64,000 nucleotides of DNA from an uncultured Myxococcales bacterium. GTDB taxonomy: Bacteria; Myxococcota_A; Polyangia; Fen-1088. Of this stretch, positions 17,320 to 24,813 are shown piece by piece. The notes under the pieces are model-generated. The model saw only the letters and a program-made list of their open reading frames with translations, did not search any database and was not told the origin of the DNA. The position numbers and the translations under genes were made by a program. The stretch is taken from assembly GCA_937889515.1 (NCBI GenBank), contig CALAOV010000342.1:3993-67992 (forward strand), read 5' to 3'. The number at the start of each line of letters is the position of its first letter. Positions within the stretch are counted from its first letter, which is position 1.

Positions 17320-20300
17320 AACCGCCGCCCCAGCTGGGCCGGTTGGCCCGCACCATCGCCAAGGTGGCTCTGGTGGCCGTGGCGGCGGTCGCGCTCCTGG
17401 TCGGGGGCGCCTGGTTGTTCCTACAGACGCGCTGGGGCGGTCGGGTGGTCCGACACTTCGCCTTGCCCAGGATCAACGCGCAGATCGCCGGCAAGCTGGA
17501 GCTCGGGCGCTTCCGCTTCGGCGGTGATCATCTGGCGCTCACGGAGATCGTCCTGCGGGATCCTGCGGGCACGGTCGTCGCGCGGATCGCGCAGATCGAT
17601 CTCAGCTTCTCGCGGAGCGCGCTCCTGCACCGGCACCTGGATCTGAGAGATCTCGCGGTCGCGCGGCCGGAGCTCTGGCTGGTGCAGGACGAAAATGGGC
17701 TGAATTTGGGTCGCGCGCTGGCGGCGCGAAGGCCCGAGGTGGAAAAGCCGCCGCGGTCGGGATCGACGGGTCCCGGGATGATCATCGATCTGCGCAAGCT
17801 GACGATCCGCGACGGGACGATCGATCTTCGGTCGACGGCGGCCGATCCGCCACGCCACCTGCACGTCGCCGCGCTGGCGGTCGATGGCGCGGCGCACTAC
17901 GACGCGGGCCAGTCGCGGGTTTCACTGGACCTGGCGGTCGACGCGCGGGGCGGCCATCTCGACGCGCGGGGGAATTTCGATCTCCTGCAACTGCGCGCGC
18001 TCGCTCCCGGTCTGGCGGTTCACGTGCGCGATCTGGATTTCTCCCAGCTGGTCGAGGGGGCGCCGTCCTCGACGCTGGCGTTCGAGCTCTCCGCGCTCGG
18101 GGGCGGACGTGACCTGACGTCGCTGGACGGATCGCTCGATTTCGCCCTGCCGGCCGGGCGCTTGGCCGAACGATCGTTCGGTCCGATTTCGCTGCGCGCA
18201 CGGGCTTCCCAGGGCCTGATCACGCTGGCGGATCTCCGCGCCGTGTTGCCGGGCGTCGAGATCACGGCCAAAGGCACCGCCAGTGCCGCGACGATCGACC
18301 TGCGGGCGCGCGTCGACGCGGACGATCTCGCAGCCCTCGCGCAAAGCCTGGTCCCCTGGGGAATCGAGCCGCCAGCGCTGGCCGGCCATGGGCGCCTCGA
18401 CCTCGCGGTCGGCGGGCGATTGGACGCGCCGTCGTTGCGGATGACCGGTGACCTGCCCCGGCTTCGGGTCGGCACGAGCTCGGTCGAGAGCCTGACCCTG
18501 ACCGCGTTCGTGCCCGACCTGCGCTCTCCCGAGGCCGCCGATGTCGATCTGGCCGCCCCCCGTGCCTTCCTGGGTGGACAGACGTTGCGCGGCCTCACCT
18601 TGTCGGTTCATGCCGGCGGCACCCTCCTGTCGGCCAGCGCCCGGACCCGGGCACCGTTTCCGATGACGCTCGCCGTTCGGGGCTTTCGGGGATCGTCCCC
18701 CTCTGCTCTCACCATCGACGCGCTCGATCTCCGCTATGCAGAAGCGAGCTGGTCGTTGGTGCGGCCGGCGCGGCTGGAATTCGGCGGCGGTCGCTTCTCC
18801 GTCGAGGGGTTCGCGCTGCGCTCCGGTCGGGAGCGGATCGAGGCCGACCTCTCGCAGAGCCAGCGCGGCATCCGCGGTCGCCTGGTCGTCGCGAAGCTCG
18901 ACCTCTCCCGCCTGCCACGCGCCTTCGTGCCGCCCGCGCTGGGCGTGGCCGGAATGGTCGACGTCGACGCGCGCCTGGCCGGCAGCGCAACAGATCCCCG
19001 CCTCGACGCCCGGGTTTCTCTGTCCGGCGGTCGCTTTCACGGGTACCGCGATCTTTCGTTGACGCTCGACGCGCACACCGCGGCGGCGCGCGCACGCGGG
19101 CGACTGGACGTGCGCGGCCTCGGCGCCGCGATCTCCACCCGCTTCGACCTCCCGGCGGCCTGGCCGATCCGCGATGGCCGCGCGCCATTGCTCCTGGATC
19201 TGACGCTGGCGGAGATCGATCTCCCGAGCACGATCCAGGCGCTGGCGACCGCGACCGGCCGGCCGATTCCCGCCCACCTGCGCGGTCGGGGTCACCTGAC
19301 GGCGCGCCTCGACGGCACGCTGCAGGAACCTCGCCTTTCTCTGGCGATCGGTGCCAAGGCCCTGGTCGTGGAAGGTCAAACGGTCGGTGACGTCGACCTG
19401 GCGATTCACGGCGACGGCGACCGTCCACTGGAAGCACACCTGCAGGTCACCACCAGCGGGGCGGGCGGTGCGCACACGGCGATCGACCTGACCACGCCCC
19501 TGTCTCTGCGGGCCGCCCTGCGTCGCCCGCCCACCCCCGACACGCTGGTGCGCACGCCGATCGAGATGCGGGGCGAGGTCGATCGGCTCCCGCTGGCCGT
19601 ACTGGCGCAGCTCGCCCGCTATCGCCCTGCCGTCGGCGGAACGCTCAGCTCCCACCTGGCCTTCTCCGGGACGGCGCTGGAACCTCGGGGCACCCTCACC
19701 GCCGACGTCGTCGGGGCCACCGCCCAGGGCGTGCCAGCCACCGACGCCCGCCTGGAGCTCGAGCTCGAGCGCCGCGCGATCGACGCGCACCTGCGGGTGC
19801 TGCGGCAAAAGCATCCACTGTTGGCGCTCGAGGCGCACCTGGGTGCGGGGGGCTCCGTATGGCGCAACCCCGCGCGGCTGGCGGATGCGCCCCTTCGAGT
19901 GCGCGCCGTGGTGGGTCCGCTCGAGATCCAGCGGCTCGGCCTCCCCCCGCTCAGCGATCGCGATCCCCCGCGCGCGCTCAAGGGACGGGTCCACCTGGAT
20001 CTGACCGTCGACGGAACCTTGCGGGCGCCGCGGGTGGTCTGGCACACCGACGCCGACGACATCCGCCTCGACAGGTCGCTGGTGGGTGTGGCGCACCTGG
20101 CAGGCACCTACGCGGATCGCCGAGCGACCGTGAACGCGCGCCTGGTCACCGTCAATCAAGGCGAGCTGAATGCGGTCGCGGTCACCACCGCCGATCTCGG
20201 GTATCCCCAGATCACCCGCGGCCTCGACGTTCACCATCTCCCGCTCGACGTGCGCCTCGACGCGCAGCGCTTCGACGTACAGGGGCTCTCGGGCGTGACG

Positions 20301-21644
20301 CAGGGGCTGCGCACGGTGGGCGGCCTCTTCTCGGCCTCCGCGAACGTGCGCGGCACCGTGGCCGATCCCCGCGTCAGCGGGCGGCTCGAATGGACCGACG
20401 GGCTCCTCGCCATCACGGGCCTCGGCGAGTACCACGACATCCACCTGGCCGTGCACGGCGACGATCAGAAGCTGATCCTCGACGAGCTCCGCGCCCGAAG
20501 CGGCAATGGAATGGCGCGGGTCACGGGAGACGCCTCCCACGCCGCGGGGGCCTATCATTTCTCTGCCCGCGCCGACGTCGCCCGTTTCCCGATCTACCAG
20601 GAAGGCCAGCCCCTGGCTCAGGTCTCGCTCAGCACGACGCTGACAGGGACGACGGCACCGTTCGACACCCGGGCCGACGTCCAGATCGACAACGCGCGGA
20701 TCGAGCTCAGCGACGCCAAACGAAAGAATCTCCAGTCGCTGGCGAGCCCGGCCGACGTCGTGCTGGTCGATGCCGGCCAGCCGCTCAACCGGTCCCAGGC
20801 CGAAAGGCTGCGGGCACTCCTGGCGGCCCGTCCCAAGCCGAAAGGCGGGCCAGCGTCTGCGGCCGGCGCTCCGGCGCCGCCACCGATCGCCGCGGTCAGC
20901 GCCGTGCGGGTCACCGTGAACGCCCCGCGGAAGATCTGGGTCACCGGCAAGGACGCCTATTTCGAGATCGGGCTTGGTCCGGGATTTCGTGTCTCGATGA
21001 CCGACCGGACGCGGGTGGTCGGTCAGGTCGTCGTCAAGCGCGGGCGCATCGACATCTTCGGGCGACGCTTCGACCTTCGGGCAGACTCGACGCTCGAGTT
21101 CAGCGGCTCGCCCGATCATCCCCGGCTGGACGTGACCGCCCAGTACCAGAACCAGCTCGAAAACATCACCGTCGTGCTGACCGCCAAGGGCCCGCTCGAG
21201 CATCTGACCGTCACGGTGACGTCGCCCAACCGTCCCGAGCTCACCGAGTCCCAGCTCTACACGCTGGTCATCACCGGCCACCTTCAGCTCGGCAGCGGGA
21301 CTTCGGGGTCGTCGACCCCCACGGCGGAGGCGGCATCGCTGCTGGGCGGGGCGCTGGCCGCCCGCCTGCAGAAGACGCTGGCCAAGAAGCTGCCCCTCGA
21401 CGTCCTCACCGTCGACGCGGGGGGTGGCGAGGGGCTGACCGGAACCCAGCTCGAAGCGGGGCGCTATGTCGCCGACAAGCTCTACGTTGGGTACGTGGGC
21501 CGGGTGGGGGCCGATCCCAACCTCTACCAGAACCGCAACGCCGTCCACGTCGAGTACCAGCTCAGCTCCCGTTGGGGCGTCGACGGGGAATACGGCGATG
21601 TCGGCACCGGCTCGCTCGACCTCACCTGGAAAAAGAACTACTGA
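17316..21644 (+). CDS. tamB: Translocation and assembly module subunit TamB (AsmA-like N-terminus, DUF490 C-terminus)
   Basis: N-terminal TM anchor IAKVALVAVAAVALLVGGAWLFL. Repetitive beta-rich body. The C-terminus LYVGYVGRVG...VEYQLSSRWGVDGEYGDVGTGSLDLTWKKNY resembles the DUF490 end. The TTG start at 17316 (SD GAGG 5 nt upstream) overlaps the tamA stop (TTGA). The 5' part of the 1828-aa ORF overlaps tamA and is rejected. Confidence 0.8.
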   Translation: MKPPPQLGRLARTIAKVALVAVAAVALLVGGAWLFLQTRWGGRVVRHFALPRINAQIAGKLELGRFRFGGDHLALTEIVLRDPAGTVVARIAQIDLSFSRSALLHRHLDLRDLAVARPELWLVQDENGLNLGRALAARRPEVEKPPRSGSTGPGMIIDLRKLTIRDGTIDLRSTAADPPRHLHVAALAVDGAAHYDAGQSRVSLDLAVDARGGHLDARGNFDLLQLRALAPGLAVHVRDLDFSQLVEGAPSSTLAFELSALGGGRDLTSLDGSLDFALPAGRLAERSFGPISLRARASQGLITLADLRAVLPGVEITAKGTASAATIDLRARVDADDLAALAQSLVPWGIEPPALAGHGRLDLAVGGRLDAPSLRMTGDLPRLRVGTSSVESLTLTAFVPDLRSPEAADVDLAAPRAFLGGQTLRGLTLSVHAGGTLLSASARTRAPFPMTLAVRGFRGSSPSALTIDALDLRYAEASWSLVRPARLEFGGGRFSVEGFALRSGRERIEADLSQSQRGIRGRLVVAKLDLSRLPRAFVPPALGVAGMVDVDARLAGSATDPRLDARVSLSGGRFHGYRDLSLTLDAHTAAARARGRLDVRGLGAAISTRFDLPAAWPIRDGRAPLLLDLTLAEIDLPSTIQALATATGRPIPAHLRGRGHLTARLDGTLQEPRLSLAIGAKALVVEGQTVGDVDLAIHGDGDRPLEAHLQVTTSGAGGAHTAIDLTTPLSLRAALRRPPTPDTLVRTPIEMRGEVDRLPLAVLAQLARYRPAVGGTLSSHLAFSGTALEPRGTLTADVVGATAQGVPATDARLELELERRAIDAHLRVLRQKHPLLALEAHLGAGGSVWRNPARLADAPLRVRAVVGPLEIQRLGLPPLSDRDPPRALKGRVHLDLTVDGTLRAPRVVWHTDADDIRLDRSLVGVAHLAGTYADRRATVNARLVTVNQGELNAVAVTTADLGYPQITRGLDVHHLPLDVRLDAQRFDVQGLSGVTQGLRTVGGLFSASANVRGTVADPRVSGRLEWTDGLLAITGLGEYHDIHLAVHGDDQKLILDELRARSGNGMARVTGDASHAAGAYHFSARADVARFPIYQEGQPLAQVSLSTTLTGTTAPFDTRADVQIDNARIELSDAKRKNLQSLASPADVVLVDAGQPLNRSQAERLRALLAARPKPKGGPASAAGAPAPPPIAAVSAVRVTVNAPRKIWVTGKDAYFEIGLGPGFRVSMTDRTRVVGQVVVKRGRIDIFGRRFDLRADSTLEFSGSPDHPRLDVTAQYQNQLENITVVLTAKGPLEHLTVTVTSPNRPELTESQLYTLVITGHLQLGSGTSGSSTPTAEAASLLGGALAARLQKTLAKKLPLDVLTVDAGGGEGLTGTQLEAGRYVADKLYVGYVGRVGADPNLYQNRNAVHVEYQLSSRWGVDGEYGDVGTGSLDLTWKKNY

Positions 21645-21708
21645 ACCACCGGACCTGATGTGCCCCCCCTTGCCAACCCGATTTCAGTGCCCACAAAAGA
21701 AGGAGACG

Positions 21709-22086
21709 ATGAGCGCGTCCATCCAGGCCGACATGGATATGGATCTCGGGCCGATCCCCATCCTGAGCAGCCGATTCTCCCGGCAGCGAGAGCGGCGTCA
21801 GGTCGACCGGGCGCAGCTGCGGCTCCAGCTCAGGGTCGTTCAAGAGATGCTGGGGGACCTGCAGGCGCAGACTCTGGTCGGCCAGCGGCACACGATGGAC
21901 AAGATGATCGGGGTCCTGCGGGAACAGGTGAACCGGGGCCTGTTTGCGGTGGGCACGCGTAACCAGCAGATGTTGCGGGATCTTCTGGAGCAGCTCGCGC
22001 GGGAGGCGGGACGTCCGGTCCCGCAGTTCGGGTACTTCCGGGATCGGGCCGAGCCTCTGGTCGCCCTCCTGATGGCCTCGACGTAG
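21709..22086 (+). CDS. Hypothetical protein (125 aa)
   Basis: Strong SD AAGGAG 6 nt upstream of the ATG at 21709. No recognisable motifs. Confidence 0.5.
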   Translation: MSASIQADMDMDLGPIPILSSRFSRQRERRQVDRAQLRLQLRVVQEMLGDLQAQTLVGQRHTMDKMIGVLREQVNRGLFAVGTRNQQMLRDLLEQLAREAGRPVPQFGYFRDRAEPLVALLMAST

Positions 22087-22144
22087 TCCTCGACGACCCC
22101 GCGTCGCTCGCGAGCTGCCGTACAATCGGTAGGCCCTTCAATCC

Positions 22145-22828
22145 ATGTGCTTCTCGGCGACAGGGAGCTTCGCGGCCTCGGGGGTCCTGACCGGCCTCGG
22201 CGTCGCATCTATGGTTCGCAACTCATCCGGGGCGCACCGGATGTTCGCGGCGATACCGCTGGTCTTCGCGACCCAGCAAGCGGCCGAAGGGACCGTCTGG
22301 GTGACGATGGACGGAGACCCCCACGCGGTGCTGCACCGGCTCGCGGTGAACCTCTTTCTCGGCTGTGCGCTGGTCATCTGGCCAACCTGGCTGCCGGTTT
22401 CTCTGCGGGCGGCGGAGACCAATTCCACCCGCCGGCGCGTGCTCACGGCGCTCTCAGCGTTCGGCCTGCTCTTCTCGGCCTGCGCGGCGGTCGTGCTGAT
22501 GCGGGGACAGCCGCTGGCGCAGATCGCCGGACACAGCATTCGCTACGAATACGGGGGGAGCGGAAACGCTTCGCAGCATTTTTTCTATCTCGTCGCGTAC
22601 GTGATCCCCGTCGTCGCACCCCTCTTCGTCTCGACGACGGAACTGTCGCGGACCATCGGAACGCTGCTCATCGTGTCGCTCGCCCTCACGGCCTTCACCG
22701 AGAGGGATACTCTGACCTCTGTCTGGTGCTTCTTCGCCGCCCTGCTGAGCGGCCTCATCTGGGTGGCCGTCGAGCGCACCCGATCCCGCACCTCGACCCC
22801 ACAGATGGGGCCCAGCGGCGCGCGTTGA
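22145..22828 (+). CDS. Hypothetical polytopic membrane protein (~7 TM)
   Basis: Six to seven hydrophobic helices. No conserved motif recognised. Confidence 0.45.
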   Translation: MCFSATGSFAASGVLTGLGVASMVRNSSGAHRMFAAIPLVFATQQAAEGTVWVTMDGDPHAVLHRLAVNLFLGCALVIWPTWLPVSLRAAETNSTRRRVLTALSAFGLLFSACAAVVLMRGQPLAQIAGHSIRYEYGGSGNASQHFFYLVAYVIPVVAPLFVSTTELSRTIGTLLIVSLALTAFTERDTLTSVWCFFAALLSGLIWVAVERTRSRTSTPQMGPSGAR

Positions 22829-22836
22829 CATCCGCC

Positions 22837-23100
22837 TCAGGTGAGCGGCACCAGAAAGGCGATCGCGATGAAGGCGATCGACAGCGCCAGGCACCAGAGC
22901 ACCGTCACCACGGTCTTCCGGCGCCTCTGATGGCGTATCCACCGCTCGCCGACGAGCTCCAGCTTTGGATTGTCGAGCCGAGGATACGGCACACGGGACG
23001 TTCTGCCTGGTCGCCGCAACCGGCCGCCCCAAAAAAGATCCGCCCCCTGCCGGCCTATCGACCCCCCACTCGTCCCGGATGAAAGTCCCGTGTGCCTCAT
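22837..23100 (-). CDS. Possible small membrane protein (C-terminal TM)
   Basis: C-terminal helix TVVTVLWCLALSIAFIAIAFLVPLT. No SD seen. Could be noise. Confidence 0.2.
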   Translation of the reverse strand: MRHTGLSSGTSGGSIGRQGADLFWGGRLRRPGRTSRVPYPRLDNPKLELVGERWIRHQRRRKTVVTVLWCLALSIAFIAIAFLVPLT

Positions 23101-23160
23101 TCGATAAGCTCTCTATGCCGGTGGGTGAATACAATCGCTGTGCCAAGGTCAGATAGACGG

Positions 23161-23249
23161 GCGACGCCGCGGACTTAGCCGGGCCCGCCCGGCCCGGAGG
23201 GCCTGCCGGCGTCGCCGTCTGGTAACACCGCGAGAGCGGGTGTTACCAG
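23161..23249. terminator. GC-rich nested inverted repeats in a convergent intergenic region (possible bidirectional terminator)
   Basis: GCGACGCCG...CGGCGTCGC (23161-23216) encloses the GC-palindromic gccgggcccgcccggcccggagggcctgccggc. A perfect 11-bp stem follows: CTGGTAACACC-gcgagagcg-GGTGTTACCAG (23219-23249). No U-tract. Confidence 0.4.
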
Positions 23250-23286
23250 ATCGAAAAGACGAGGGCGCCGGGACTCTTCGATAATT

Positions 23287-23334
23287 CATCCGGTCATCGG
23301 GTCATCGGGTCATCGGGTCATTGGGTCATTGGGC
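23287..23334. repeat. 6 x 8-bp tandem repeat TCATYSGG
   Basis: tcatccgg tcatcggg tcatcggg tcatcggg tcattggg tcattggg. It lies immediately 3' of the ccp stop codon (23326-23328) and partly overlaps it. Confidence 0.8.
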
Positions 23335-24507
23335 GATCCGTCGATACCTGGCATCCGTCAGTGTCCGCATAAAGGCCACGATCGCGTCGACCTCTTGATC
23401 GTTCAAGACCGGGGGGTCGCCCGCCCGTCGGTTGTACGGTGGTGACGTCACGTTGACCTGTCCGCGGTACTTCTTGGGCGCATCGTCAAACTTCACGCCC
23501 GAGCGGTACCAGCGCCCAGGGTTGGTGTCGCGCGTCGCGTAGAAGGCGACGGCGTCGCGCAAGCGGGTGAACGCGCCGTTGTGCATGAAGGCGCCCCGCA
23601 CCGCCACGTTGCGAAGCGACGGGGTCCGGAAGTTGATGCAATACATCGGATCGGCGGAGGGCGTCGTCTGGTCGGTTCGCTCGCATAGTCCGAGGTCGGG
23701 CTTGCGCTTCTCTCGGACCTTTGGGTTGCCGGGGACGGCGGCGGCATCGTAGCCGTAGTCGGTGAACATCGACGAGGTCGGGTCCTTCGCCGTGTCGGAG
23801 AACGCATGGCAGCCGAAGCATCCTCCCTTGGCCGGATCCTGGAACAGGCGGAGGCCCTGCATCTCGACGGCCGTCAGCCGGTCGCGCCCGCGAACGACTT
23901 CGTCGTATTTCGACGAGAACGGCGCCATCTCGTCGGAGAGCAGAAATGCCTCCAACGCTCTTCCAACCGAGGCCAGCGTGATCTCGGGGTCCCGGGGTCC
24001 GGGCCCGAACGCGCGCACGAAGGCCTTGGCGTAGCTCCCGACCGCGATCTTGCGGGCGATGCTGCGACCGTCGGGGTTGTTCATCTCGTCGGGATTCAGG
24101 AGCGGCTGCCGCGCCAGCTCCCGGATCGTGTCGACTCGTCCGTCCCAGAAGAGCCCTCCGAACGGCGCCAGCCGGGGATCGTCGCATTCTTGATAGTAAC
24201 GAAACGCCGGCACGTACTTGAGATAGAGAAGGGAGGGCGAGGTCCGGCGCGCGAAGTGGTCGGGGCGGCTGCCGCGCGGCACGCCAATCGTCGATCCGTG
24301 GCTGCCGGAGAACGCTTGTTCCGGATCGTGGCAACTGGCACAGCTGGTTCCCTTCGGCTCGGAGAGGTTCGCGTCGAAGAAGATCGCCCGGCCGAGCTCG
24401 ACCAGCTCGGCCGGAGTCGCCGTCGTCTCGGCGCGAAGCCGCGGCCCCATCAGCGCGATGAAGAAGCCCACCAGTGCGGCGCCCTGCCTGCGCCACCCGC
24501 GGCGAAC
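23326..24507 (-). CDS. ccp: Di-haem cytochrome c peroxidase (CCP/MauG family)
   Basis: Two CxxCH motifs in the expected context (GTSCASCHDP and GGCFGCHAF). A probable GTG start gives the signal peptide VRRGWRRQGAALVGFFIALMGPRLRA|ET. The longer annotated ORF N-terminus is unlikely. Confidence 0.8.
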   Translation of the reverse strand, partial: VRRGWRRQGAALVGFFIALMGPRLRAETTATPAELVELGRAIFFDANLSEPKGTSCASCHDPEQAFSGSHGSTIGVPRGSRPDHFARRTSPSLLYLKYVPAFRYYQECDDPRLAPFGGLFWDGRVDTIRELARQPLLNPDEMNNPDGRSIARKIAVGSYAKAFVRAFGPGPRDPEITLASVGRALEAFLLSDEMAPFSSKYDEVVRGRDRLTAVEMQGLRLFQDPAKGGCFGCHAFSDTAKDPTSSMFTDYGYDAAAVPGNPKVREKRKPDLGLCERTDQTTPSADPMYCINFRTPSLRNVAVRGAFMHNGAFTRLRDAVAFYATRDTNPGRWYRSGVKFDDAPKKYRGQVNVTSPPYNRRAGDPPVLNDQEVDAIVAFMRTLTDARYRRIAQ

Positions 24508-24813
24508 ATCTGCAGGGCTCTGGTGATCACCGCGACGTCGCGCCACGTCTCGGGCGTAGCAATTTCCGAACCGCGCCCGGACGGAAGCACCGCCGCAGCT
24601 CCAACGGTCGGCCGACCTCCCGAACTGTTCGAAATCCAGAACGGAGCATCTGGTTTTCGAATAGTGGGGCACGGGCTCGTTGGGATGCGCTGGCCTACTG
24701 GGCCGCATGAAACCGCCGCCTTGGTGGCACACCGTTCATTGGAACTCGCCTTGCAGAACGGGACGGTCGGCGCAGCAGCTCTCGCCAGCAAGCCAGCAAG
24801 AAAGAAGACCGAC

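Noticed and set aside
14554-21658. 900-aa and 1208-aa minus-strand ORFs, a 599-aa plus-strand ORF, and the 5' 1.1 kb of the 1828-aa ORF (16158..17315)
   Set aside because: They are antisense to or out of frame with tamA/tamB, which have POTRA/Omp85 and TM-anchor/DUF490 features. The 1828-aa ORF start lies inside tamA in another frame. The true tamB start is at the TTGA overlap.
22837-23100. 87-aa ORF as a possible toxin/antitoxin-like small gene paired with the 7-TM protein
   Set aside because: There is no SD and no partner ORF, and the composition resembles a shadow frame. It is retained only as a low-confidence feature.
23806-24813. 5' 1 kb of the 1280-aa plus-strand ORF
   Set aside because: It is antisense to the ccp gene. 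The lipoprotein signal beginning at the GTG at 24814 marks the real start.
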